Source: Octopus bimaculoides
Taxonomy: Eukaryota
Length of the DNA: 64,000 bases
NCBI RefSeq assembly: GCF_001194135.2
Contig: NC_068996.1
Span: 16,464,849 to 16,528,848 of the forward strand
Direction: 5' to 3'
Position numbers and translations under genes: made by a program. Shown piece by piece: positions 1 through 11,489 of this stretch. The notes beneath the pieces were generated by a model. It was not told the origin of the DNA, made no database searches, and was given only the letters and a program-made list of their open reading frames with translations. Position 1 is the first letter of the stretch; each line of letters starts with the position of its first letter.

Positions 1-29
1 TATATATATATATATATATATACATATAT

Positions 30-60
<31 letters not shown>

Positions 61-413
61 TAATACGTGGGGGCGGGTTAGTTATGAATGTGACTTTAAA
101 CTGCATCCGGCATCCAGTAGTGAAGTTGTGACACAGGGGTACAGAATTTTTACAGCTAGTAATATTTCCAGGTTTATATTGACCCATGGTTGTAGCACAT
201 GTCAGAGTTCCAGTAATGGGTTAACTTACATGTCACCAACTGAGAGTGAAGGACCATTAGCTCTTGACAAAACTTCCTATGTGCTGTGGATCTTAAAATA
301 CATGTATTCATCTGAAGGATACGGTTCTTTTATAATGATATAATGTACTCATTGATCGATTATAAAATTCGTTAGAAATGGTTGTAATGAATTGACACCT
401 ACCCATCAATTCT

Positions 414-465
<52 letters not shown>

Positions 466-1714
466 CATACACAAATGTACATGCATATATATTAATAATT
501 TTCATTTAACTGGACATTAACTACTTATTTAGCCAAATTGATATAACCAGATTAATTTAGTCGTTATTTTCCAAATTGAAATGCATATTAGAGAAATATT
601 TCATTCAACAAAATTTACCGTCAGTAAATGTTTTGAAAGTACCGACAGCTTGATCAATAGAACCACAGAATACATATAGTTCAAATTTACAAACAACAAA
701 AAACGAAGACAAGCNNNNNNNNNNNNNNNNNNNNNNNNNNNNNNNNNNNNNNNNNNNNNNNNNNNNNNNNNNNNNNNNNNNNNNNNNNNNNNNNNNNNNN
801 NNNNNNNNNNNNNNNNNNNNNNNNNNNNNNNNNNNNNNNNNNNNNNNNNNNNNNNNNNNNNNNNNNNNNNNNNNNNNNNNNNNNNNNNNNNNNNNNNNNN
901 NNNNNNNNNNNNNNNNNNNNNNNNNNNNNNNNNNNNNNNNNNNNNNNNNNNNNNNNNNNNNNNNNNNNNNNNNNNNNNNNNNNNNNNNNNNNNNNNNNNN
1001 NNNNNNNNNNNNNNNNNNNNNNNNNNNNNNNNNNNNNNNNNNNNNNNNNNNNNNNNNNNNNNNNNNNNNNNNNNNNNNNNNNNNNNNNNNNNNNNNNNNN
1101 NNNNNNNNNNNNNNNNNNNNNNNNNNNNNNNNNNNNNNNNNNNNNNNNNNNNNNNNNNNNNNNNNNNNNNNNNNNNNNNNNNNNNNNNNNNNNNNNNNNN
1201 NNNNNNNNNNNNNNNNNNNNNNNNNNNNNNNNNNNNNNNNNNNNNNNNNNNNNATATATATATTTATATAGAGATAGATTTATGAATGTGTTTGTGTGTG
1301 TGTATGCACGTGTGTGTGCATACAGGAAAACAGATTGAGAGATAGAGGCAGCTGTGACTGATCTGATATTTATAGAATATTTCTGGGTATATTTTCAAAT
1401 ATTTGATCTAAATTATTGCTCACAGAGTGGCACAATCCAAACTTACAAACTTATTCAGTAACACAGACTTTTACACACAAGCAACTCGTATGTACACAAA
1501 CGCACATGTAGATGCACATGTAGATGCACATGTAGATGCACACATACACATAAATACAACTAGCACATGCACGCAGTCATATCCATGTTGTAAGAAATAT
1601 ATTATTCTCAACGACAAGGTTCAGGATTCGGTTCCCAACTGTGTTTTTAAATAGCTTTAGTTCCACCAAGAGTTTGTGAGTGGGTTTGTTGGCGTTATAT
1701 GTCGTTAATCTTTT

Positions 1715-1866
1715 GTTTGTTTTAGTCATCTGAGCGCGGCCATGCTGGAGCACTGCCTTAAAGATATTTTAGTCGAATGAATGGACACCAATACTTATTT
1801 TGTTAAAGCCTGGTACTAATTCAACATACTTATTCTATCAGTCTCTTAGGCCAAACCGCTAAGTTA
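1715..1866 (-). mobile_element. SINE family A, 3' half
   Basis: Reverse complement of the family A 3' block: ttagtcatc..gcggccatgctggagcactgcc..tacttattctatc..accgctaagtta. Confidence 0.8.
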
Positions 1867-2028
1867 TATATACATTCATACACACACACACACACATGTA
1901 TGTATTTATTTATATGTATATATACATATGGTGTGTGTGCGCGCTTGTGTGCATATATATTCTTTTATTCCTTTATGTTTCAGTCATCTTACATTGCAGC
2001 CAAGCTGGAGCACTGCCTTATATATATA

Positions 2029-2323
2029 GAGAGGCTGGACCTCTTCCTGTCAGGTGTCCCAGATGAACCAACTTCACGGCAGGAGGCGCAGATGAGAGCA
2101 GCTGCATCAGACTCTCTCATGCACCAAATGTCAATTCCTGAAGTAAAATTCGTGAAGTAAAATTGTGTAGCAACACNNNNNNNNNNAGAGCAGCTGCATC
2201 AGACTCTCTCATGCACCAAATGTCAATTCCTGAAGTAAAATTCGTGAAGTAAAATTGTGTAGCAACACCAAATGGCGGTGCCCCAGCATGGCCACAGCTC
2301 ATGAGCTGAAACTGGATAAAAAG

Positions 2324-2324
<1 letters not shown>
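2029..2324 (+). mobile_element. CR1-type LINE, extreme 3' end (ORF2 C-terminus plus 3' tail)
   Basis: Translates ERLDLFLSGVPDEPTSRQEAQMRAAASDSLMHQM, matching the LD.FL..VPDEP...RAA.SNSL..Q C-terminus of CR1-group ORF2. Followed by the tail ggcggtgccccagcatggccacagctcatgagctgaaac. Homologous to 52680-52867. An 82-bp block is duplicated across a 10-N gap. Confidence 0.75.
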
Positions 2325-2354
<30 letters not shown>

Positions 2355-2399
2355 TGCATGACGTATTCTGTATGTATGTATGTATGTGTGTATGCATGT

Positions 2400-2614
2400 G
2401 TACTAGAAAATCTTTTCTACCCTAGACATAAGGCCCGAAATATTTGGGGAACGGCCAGTCGATTATAGATCGCCCCCAGTACAGAACTGGTACTTAATTT
2501 ATCGACCCTGAAAGGATGAAAGGCAAACTCGATCTTGATGGAATTTGAACTCAGAACACAAAGACAGACAAAATACCGCTAAGCATTTCGCTCGGCGTGT
2601 TAACGATTCTGCCA
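2400..2614 (-). mobile_element. SINE family B (tRNA-like head, central gcctttcatcctttc..gtcgataaattaagtaccag domain)
   Basis: Reverse complement has box A-like tggcagaatcgttaa, box B-like gagttcaaattcc and the same core as 62700-62892. Confidence 0.85.
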
Positions 2615-2734
2615 GATGTGGACTGGATAATGAACATCTTTTACTGTATAAATAGTATAAAGCCCCGGGCATGACACCAGTCATGAAACACTACAAGGTG
2701 GTCTGTAAATACAAATAATGGAGATATAAATGAA

Positions 2735-2840
2735 AATGAGTATGTATGTATGTATGTATGTATGTGTGTGTGGGTATGTGTGTGTATGTATGTATATACA
2801 TATATATATATAAATGTGTGTGTACATTTATATATATATA

Positions 2841-2905
<65 letters not shown>

Positions 2906-2924
2906 ACACATACATACATACATG

Positions 2925-2957
<33 letters not shown>

Positions 2958-3098
2958 NNNNNNNNNNNNNNNNNNNNNNNNNNNNNNNNNNNNNNNNNNN
3001 NNNNNNNNNNNNNNNNNNNNNNNNNNNNNNNNNNNNNNNNNNNNNNNNNNNNNNNATGTCTGTGTATATATATACATATGTATATATACATATATATG

Positions 3099-3136
<38 letters not shown>

Positions 3137-3224
3137 TATATATATATATATATAGATATATATAATAGAATGTATGTATACATATGTATATATGTATATA
3201 TGTATATATACAAAAAATATACAA

Positions 3225-3280
<56 letters not shown>

Positions 3281-3474
3281 GTGTGTGTGTGTATGCATAT
3301 GTATGTATACATATATGCATATATGTATGTTTATATATCTGCATATATGTATGTTTATATATAGGTGTATACATATAGGTATATAGGTATACATGTATAT
3401 GTATATGTTATATGTGTGTAAATATATATGCATATGTATATATATGTTTATATATATATATGAATATATATGTA

Positions 3475-3563
<89 letters not shown>

Positions 3564-3676
3564 GTATGTATGTGTATATATATGTATGTATGTGTATATA
3601 TATATATATGTGCATATATCTACGTGTATATCGGCATGTATATAAGTATGTATATATATGTATGTATATGTGAATG

Positions 3677-3717
<41 letters not shown>

Positions 3718-3805
3718 GTATATATGTATGTGTATGTATATATACATATATATCTATGTATTTATATATGTACGTATATATGTATATATATGTACATATA
3801 TGTTT

Positions 3806-3861
<56 letters not shown>

Positions 3862-3919
3862 TTTATATACATAATTGTATGTACATACATATGTGTATAT
3901 ATATATAAATACATATGTG

Positions 3920-3957
<38 letters not shown>
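2735..3957. repeat. Compound (TA)n/(TG)n/(GA)n/(TATG)n microsatellite block
   Basis: Directly visible; includes an N gap. Confidence 0.95.
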
Positions 3958-4044
3958 CTTTGATAAGTTTTCGCCCGGAACTGGCCCGTTTGTTTTAATG
4001 GATATATTACATAAATAATTACATTTGTACATATTTGTATTCGT

Positions 4045-4445
4045 TTATTCTTTTAACTTGTTTTAGTCTCTGGACTGAGGTAACGCTAGAGCACCACCTG
4101 GAAATGTTTGTAACCGAACGAATTGAGATTACAACGTTTGTACCTTGTATTTTTTAATCTTTTTTATTAATTTTTTTACTCGGTACCTATCTGTGTGTTT
4201 TGGCGGGGACCGCTGAAATATGTGGACGTAGACAAAAGTTCTCCGGTGTCAATTAGTAGCGAGGGACAAAGACGGGCTCACAAAATACAGGTGCAAATAC
4301 ATATTTATATACGACGGGCTTCTTTTAGTTTCCACTTTGATGATTTTGATTGGCCCGTGGCAATCGTAAAACATAATTGCCAAACCTGTCACGCAGTAGG
4401 ACTGAACTCCGAACTGTGTGGCTATGAAACAAACTTTTTACCACA
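4045..4445 (-). mobile_element. SINE family A, diverged near-full copy
   Basis: Reverse complement of the tail (acttgttttagtc..gctagagcaccac) and of the 5' half (gacgggcttctt..gactgaac..ttaccac). Confidence 0.7.
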
Positions 4446-4449
4446 TACA

Positions 4450-4532
4450 TAAATATAATATAATATAATATAATATAATATACTATTATATAATATAATA
4501 TAACATAATATAATATAATATATTATAATATA
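4450..4532. repeat. (TATAA)n-like pentanucleotide microsatellite
   Basis: Directly visible. Confidence 0.9.
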
Positions 4533-5100
4533 ACATACACTCACACACATATATACTAAACGAAAGTATACTGAATTCGTGTTTAAATATATACAATCAT
4601 GTACGCGTGAATGTGTCCTAGTATGCATGTTAAGTCATATATATTTATATATACAGATATAAAAATGTATGCATGTATATGTTTGCGTCGGCATGTATGC
4701 GCGAGTGCGTCTATGTGTAATAGCAAGGCTAAGTAATGTTGGTGCGTTGAACATGTCACGCCAAGGGAAATAACTCCCAGGATACAGTTATCTCTCTTAG
4801 AAATTTTAATTTTTTTTTTGGGGGGGGGTGATATATTTTCATCTTTATAGTGTAGATATATTCCAAAATGTGTAATTATTGCTACATAAACGTATTAATG
4901 GTATGAGTTTTCTATTTATTTCATTCAATTAAACGCCGAAGACGAATTTTTGAAAACAAAATAAATAAGCTCAAGCTATATTGTGTTTCTATAAAAAATT
5001 TAAGGGCATCAGTCAAACAAAAATCTTTGCCTCTGAAGTAACTCATTTGTAGCTTATAATTTCACACCTGCATACGCACGCACACACAAACACGCGCGCG

Positions 5101-5550
5101 CGCGGAGTGGCTGTGTGGTAAGTAGCTTGCTTAACAACCACATGGTTCTGTGTTCAGTCCCATGGCGTGTCACCTTGGGCAAGGTTCTTCTATTATAGCC
5201 TCGGGCCGACCAAAGCCTTGTGAGTGGATTTGGTAGACGGAAACTGAAAGAAGCCCGTCGTATATATGTGTGTATATTTGTGTGCATGTGTGTGTTTGTG
5301 TGCATGCGAGTGTGTGTATGTGTCTGTGCTTGTGTGTCTGTGTTTGTGTGTCTGCGTTTGTCCCTCCCACCATCGCTTGAAAACCGATGTTGGTGTGTGT
5401 ACGTCCCCGTATTTTAGCGGTTCGGCAAAACAGAGGAATAGAATAAGTACTAGACGTACAAGGAATAAAACCTGGGGTCGATTTGTTCGACTAAAGATGG
5501 TGCTCCAGTACGGCCACAGTGAAATGACTGAAAAATAAAAGAATAAAAGA
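5101..5550 (+). mobile_element. SINE family A, full-length (tRNA-derived head, internal TA/TG microsatellite, CR1-like tail)
   Basis: Box A-like gtggctgtgtggtaag; box B-like gttcagtccc; body gccttgtgagtggatttggtagacggaaactgaaagaagcccgtcg; internal (TG)n; tail tggtgctccagtacggccacagtgaaatgactgaaa. More than 10 related copies in the window. Confidence 0.9.
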
Positions 5551-5607
5551 GTACTAAATATATTATATATCAGCATGGCTGCAGCTCTAAGCTGAAACTA
5601 TAAAAGA

Positions 5608-5660
<53 letters not shown>

Positions 5661-6559
5661 CATTATATATACATATATATATATATATATANNNNNNNNN
5701 NTATATATATATATATATATATATTCATTATATATACATATATATATATATTCATTATGTATACATATATAATATATATATATATATATTATATGTATAT
5801 TATATATTTTTTATATAATATATATGAAATATATCTATAAAATATAAACAATATATATACATTATTTATTTTATATATGAATATATATATATATATATAT
5901 ATANNNNNNNNNNNNNNNNNNNNNNNNNNNNNNNNNNNNNNNNNNNNNNNNNNNNNNNNNNNNNNNNNNNNNNNNNNNNNNNNNNNNNNNNNNNNNNNNN
6001 NNNNNNNNNNNNNNNNNNNNNNNNNNNNNNNNNNNNNNNNNNNNNNNNNNNNNNNNNNNNNNNNNNNNNNNNNNNNNNNNNNNNNNNNNNNNNNNNNNNN
6101 NNNNNNNNNNNNNNNNNNNNNNNNNNNNNNNNNNNNNNNNNNNNNNNNNNNNNNNNNNNNNNNNNNNNNNNNNNNNNNNNNNNNNNNNNNNNNNNNNNNN
6201 NNNNNNNNNNNNNNNAAAATTTACAATTAAGAATAAAAGAATAAAATTATTATTTCATTCCAAAATTGATGAGCTTTGTTTTTAGTGATGACTTGAAATG
6301 GTAAATATTTTTTGTAACTGTATTTGCTTGAATAAACATACTTTTCTTTATATTAAGCAATTCATTATAATTACTTTTACGATGTGCCTAAATATAAACC
6401 GTCGTTATAGATCAGCATTTCTCAACATTTTTCGCGACTTGGCTTCCCTTGGACATTGAAAAAATTTATTTCGGCTCCTCTGTGTTGATGAAAAATTTAA
6501 TTCAGCTTCTCATGTATCTGAGATAGACCGGCCGCCCATGACAAATCTGACAAAAGGGG

Positions 6560-7223
6560 AGACCCGCAGAACTACCAGCTCACGAACTGCATCTGAAAGT
6601 TGGCGCGCCAATCATGCTGCTAAGGAATTTAGATGCTCCAATAATGTGCAATGGTACGTGGATGATTATCAAAAAATTGTGCTTGAGTTCTGTAGGCAAC
6701 AATCTTGAATGAACCGGCCGCTGGCTAAGACATACTTATAATTCCCATGCCCCTTTCCCACTCCGATACGACCTACAAGTTTAAACAGATGCAATTTCCC
6801 ATCAAACTTTGCTTTCCCATCACAATCAACAAGGTGCAGGGACAATCAGTGCAAGCAGTTGGTTTGAATCTGACAGAGCAAGTATTCTCACACGCACAAC
6901 TGTACGTTGGCTGTCCCCATGCTCTTTCTATTTGTGCACCCGAGGGAAAGACGAAGAATGTTGTCTACCAAGAGGCACTCCAATGATAACAACGGCAACT
7001 TCAACTGCTCCAATTTCAACTCTGCAATTTTGTCATCGTCCTGCCAGCCCACGTAAGTCCAGTCTTGCTTTGCTCTCCTTACTAATTCACCATGACATTC
7101 TTTTTTTTCTACCAAGATCCGTCGCCCAAACATCACTTCGTATCCACTTCTTCCTCTTTTTTATGCCTTCGTTTCTCTCTTCGCGTCGTTCTCTGACAGG
7201 GTGAAACCGGGCTTAGCTGCTAG
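6560..7223 (+). mobile_element. Helitron 3' fragment: PIF1-like helicase C-terminus and 3' terminus
   Basis: ELPAHELHLKVGAPIMLLRNLDAPIMCNGT then FKQMQFPIKLCFPITINKVQGQSVQAVGLNLTEQVFSHAQLYVG..GKTKNVVYQEAL*, with frameshifts. Ends gggtgaaaccggg..CTAG (7220-7223) followed by T. Confidence 0.9.
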
Positions 7224-7553
7224 TTATATATATATCTATATACACACTTGGAAATGGATGCGTGATGTTCAATGAAATAATAATATATGCATATATGGGT
7301 ACAGAATGTCAGCAATAGTAAACAACACGAAATACGAAAACAAACGATTTAAATACGCAAATAACGAGAGAAAGAAATGGACAATACAAAAGTGACTCTT
7401 CATCAGTTATCAGCTTCCCATTTTGAGCAATCAACGACACACACATATGTGTTTTTATATATATAAACAAATATACATACACACATAATTACACACCAAA
7501 AAAATACATTTATATGTGTGTGTGTTTATACATTCAACTATCTCCAGACACCT

Positions 7554-7628
<75 letters not shown>

Positions 7629-8069
7629 TTCACGCACACAGCCAATCACACATGTGCATACACATACATTTACATATATAACAAGATCTGACGATGATCA
7701 TGTCCATAATAATGGCACTATCAGTTTAAGAATTATAGCTTCATATCGATCGCACTAACCAAATTTAAACAAATGTATTGTGCAAACTTGATAAAACTAT
7801 TGCCATTATACCTGATGAGAAGTAGAACAGTTTGTTCTAAAACATAGGGTTTTTGCAGTGACCGTTCTCAGATTAACACGAAAATGACTGAAACAAGTAA
7901 AAGAGTAAAAGAGTAAAATTTTGGTTTAGACAAACAAGTATGTTCGTAAGGTAGTTACAAAGACACACAAACATCTATATACCTATACACGTACATAAAT
8001 TCATATCTATGTATATTTATGTATATATGTGTATGCGTGTATGTATGCATATGAATGTATAGATAAGTA

Positions 8070-8306
8070 CAGGAGTTGGACAAAGTAATGGAAACACCTA
8101 GCATCTATAAAATCATTAAAAGCTTGTTTATTTTTATGGTTTTTGATTTATTATTAGTGTTTGTTAATACATTTTGCTAAAATTGCTGTTTCTTTTCAGA
8201 TATTAGCAAAAGGTAATTAAAATTCGTTAAAATGACAGATCTGTCGGACTTTGAAAGAGGTCAAATTGTTGGTGCTCGTATGGCAGGCGCTAGCGTAACG
8301 AAAACA
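8070..8306 (+). mobile_element. Tc1-like DNA transposon 5' end (TIR plus transposase N-terminus), truncated
   Basis: TA|CAGGAGTTGGACAAAGTAATGGAAACACC terminus. ATG at 8232 reads MTDLSDFERGQIVGARMAGASVTKT, a paired-like HTH start typical of Tc1 transposases. Confidence 0.85.
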
Positions 8307-8362
8307 TCTTAAAATATATTTGTTATATGTATGTGCATATATATGTTTGTATGTGTGTTTGT

Positions 8363-8365
<3 letters not shown>

Positions 8366-8404
<39 letters not shown>

Positions 8405-8432
8405 NNNNNNNNNNNNNNNNNNNNNNNNNNNN

Positions 8433-8505
<73 letters not shown>

Positions 8506-8525
8506 TTCTCTCTCTCTCTCTCTTT
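8366..8525. repeat. (CT)n microsatellite
   Basis: Directly visible; includes an N gap. Confidence 0.95.
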
Positions 8526-8914
8526 CTCTTTCCAACGCACGAAATTCCTGGACCTTCAGTCACTCTGTTACTTCTGTTAAATATCAATATATACCATGTG
8601 TATAGATTAACGATTACCGTTAATCTATACGCATTTTTTATCTCTACGTTTTTTGCTCTAAGTCCTTATCGAAACGTGAAATTCTTTTCCATTCTTCGCG
8701 AGCGTTAAACGAATACACCTGCTTGTCGTTCCTACTTTGTCTTTGTCTTTTGTTTCCTGTAAATTTAAACTATATATATACGTGTGTGTGTGTGTGTGTA
8801 GGTTAACGTTAACGTGCAGTTCTCCGTCGAAAAATACTGAAAGTAAATCATCTTTTAAAAATAAAGGTATATTGCGATAGAAAGCGGAAGTGACGATAGA
8901 GATATACCAAAACT

Positions 8915-9720
8915 TCATGAAATATGTTTTATATCCGATGGGTGGGTTTCACATGCGGGTTTCTGCTTGTTTTGTACTCATAAGCTGTCAACCATTCACT
9001 CACCTTCGTTCTTCCAGATGATAACAGCATCTAACACAGCATCTAAACACGGACTATAGGAAGGTGATGGTTGCTCACCAAGGCGACAATATGGCAATAA
9101 TGATGATTTGTTTACGTCATAACTTCATGAGCAAGGGCGACGAACAAATTTAGAGATCGAGAAAAATTATTTACGAATCTCATTTTGTGCATCAATAACT
9201 GTTTTCCCGTAAAAGTGATGGTTTTCACCTTGTAGCTTATTCTCACTTCGTGAGCATTTTCCTCGCTAGTTACACTACGGTCATCTATGTCATTCGCTGA
9301 ACGTTCTCAAGCGGCTCCGCGTTTCGGCTTGCGAACGTGACTCGCTCTCCACTGAGTTATGGTTATATTTGAAGCGGTTGTACCACTCCTTGATATGAGG
9401 TTTTACCATGGCATCATCGAAGAAGGCCTGCTGAATCTTCTGGTCGGAGTATCACGAAGCTTTTTGGCAAAACTTGACGCAATATGTATATGTATATCTC
9501 TGCTCGGTGTGTTCGGTCAAAAAGAGTGAAAAAGATCCGACGAGCGTGCTCAACACATCTCTATTCATGGCGTGATAGCCAGGAATTGACGCGGCCTACA
9601 GGCACGAAAAATTTCACGCATGCGCAGGAAAGGTTACGTCACCTTCCATCCAAAGGATTTTGTCCAAGCGGCATCAGTTTTGCGGGGAAAATAAAGTTGG
9701 ATAGTTTTGAACGTACATCG
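8915..9720 (-). mobile_element. mariner-type transposon, decayed and internally deleted
   Basis: Minus-strand terminus TA|CGATGTACGTTCAAAACTATCC. Decayed translation YCVKFCQK..KIQQAF.DDAM...IKEWYNRFK plus an ITxxE.W..AYE segment. Confidence 0.7.
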
Positions 9721-10110
9721 TATAAAATATATTCATCATATATATGTACGGTTTTTATGTTATATTGAATATACGTACATTTTCGAACTTTAGGTTAGTT
9801 AAAATATTTTTGTGACATATTTCAACTTCTAAAGTTAAATTCACTGCAGTTATCGTGGGGGGGGGGGAATTCTCTGTTATGGTAATTTTTTTCTCTTGGT
9901 AACTGCAGTGAATTTGCCTTAAGAAGTCAAAATATGTCAAAAACATATTTTAGCTATTCTAAAGTTCGCTTCTACATCATTACTTGGTGCTGATATGTAC
10001 GTTTATATATTGGATACTCTGGATCGTCACATGGTGTTTATATGAAATTAAGAGATCTTTCAGCCGTCATTTCAAGTTTCTATGGCAATATACTTTCATT
10101 TTCTAAGAAC

Positions 10111-10154
<44 letters not shown>

Positions 10155-10239
10155 TACACACATACATACACATACATACATACACATACATACATACATA
10201 CATACATACATACACACATGCATGCATGAGAGTTCACGA

Positions 10240-10640
10240 TTCGAGTGAATCAGGTACCTAAATGATATTGCACTAAGTTTGAGAAATAGCATTCGTATAC
10301 AAAACGAAATTAGAAGAATATATTCGTACATACCGAAGTAAAGACGGATTAATATTCCAGTTGCATATACAATCACAAGTGCCCGACTGAATACACTTCG
10401 AGTTTCAAGGCTGTACCGGGGAACACACAAGGTACTTATTGTTCCACGCTAAATACCTTAGAAATGAGAACCCATGTTCAAAATTACCCCAAGACACCTG
10501 ATGAAGGCTGGAGGCTAGTATATCAGCCGAAACGTTGTGTTAAAAAACAAACAAGATGAGGACAAATATCCGTCAAATGTAAATAATGTAAATAATGTAC
10601 ATAATTCCCTATCTCTTAAATATAGAACTGTATTATATAT
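10240..10640 (+). mobile_element. Penelope-like element terminal remnant
   Basis: Contains a CTGATGA..stem..GAAACG hammerhead motif followed by an aaatgtaaataatgtaaataa tract. The hammerhead-PLE association is established; the family call is inferred. Confidence 0.55.
10493..10541 (+). ncRNA. Minimal type I hammerhead ribozyme motif
   Basis: Stem I gACAC/GTGTt; core CTGATGA (10498-10504); stem II GGCTG/CAGCC; GAAA (10529-10532); palindromic AACGTT in place of stem-loop III. Confidence 0.7.
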
Positions 10641-10673
10641 ATTTTTAAATTTATGTATGTATATGTGTATGCG

Positions 10674-10717
<44 letters not shown>

Positions 10718-11489
10718 NNNNNNNNNNNNNNNNNNNNNNNNNNNNNNNNNNNNNNNNNNNNNNNNNNNNNNNNNNNNNNNNNNNNNNNNNNNNNNNNNNN
10801 NNNNNNNNNNNNNNNNNNNNNNNNNNNNNNNNNNNNNNNNNNNNNNNNNNNNNNNNNNNNNNNNNNNNNNNNNNNNNNNNNNNNNNNNNNNNNNNNNNNN
10901 NNNNNNNNNNNNNNNNNNNNNNNNNNNNNNNNNNNNNNNNNNNNNNNNNNNNNNNNNNNNNNNNNNNNNNNNNNNNNNNNNNNNNNNNNNNNNNNNNNNN
11001 NNNNNNNNNNNNNNNNNNNNNNNNNNNNNNNNNNNNNNNNNNNNNNNNNNNNNNNNNNNNNNNNNNNNNNNACTTGAATAAGTATATTTCATTTTGATCA
11101 AAGGGGTCTCCGTGGAGCACAAGCTCTCCACTGAAAACTTTTTCCCATTGATCTAAATGAAATTTAAACCATAGGTAAATGAACACAAATGAACAGCAAA
11201 TTTCAGTAATAATAAGACACCCTAATGGGAGCTAAACCCCTTATATTGCAAATTTTGGAAGCCCATAACTTGAGTATTTGAACTTCTGTCACGGGGTTTT
11301 TCTATTAATTAAACGTAAAACAAAATTACCTCTTATATATTTGTTTTGCAAGATTCTTGATGTGAAATCGTGTGTTGAAACAGATATTGTTGTATTTGGA
11401 GATGGTCATGTTGCCAGTTTAGCCACTAAGAACACACGTACCATATATTTGGTGTTAATTTGCTTCAGCTTTATATTACATTAATCGTA

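Noticed and set aside
230-311. Minus-strand exon-like segment (ccttcag...CAT|gtaagt) and plus-strand ORF 128-343
   Set aside because: No recognisable product. Another minus frame (YPSDE..SVGDM*VN) looks more like a decayed LINE endonuclease; unresolved.
2095-2268. 82-bp direct repeat
   Set aside because: Identical copies flank a 10-N gap, typical of an unmerged contig overlap.
2746-3963. Many long ORFs in the track (YI/CV/HT/ER/SL repeats, or X runs)
   Set aside because: They are translations of dinucleotide microsatellites and N gaps. The same applies to all such ORFs across the window.
7395-7850. CTGATGA/CTGACGA motifs at ~7400 (minus), ~7688 and ~7806
   Set aside because: No properly placed stem II-GAAA-stem III; at best highly degenerate PLE remnants.
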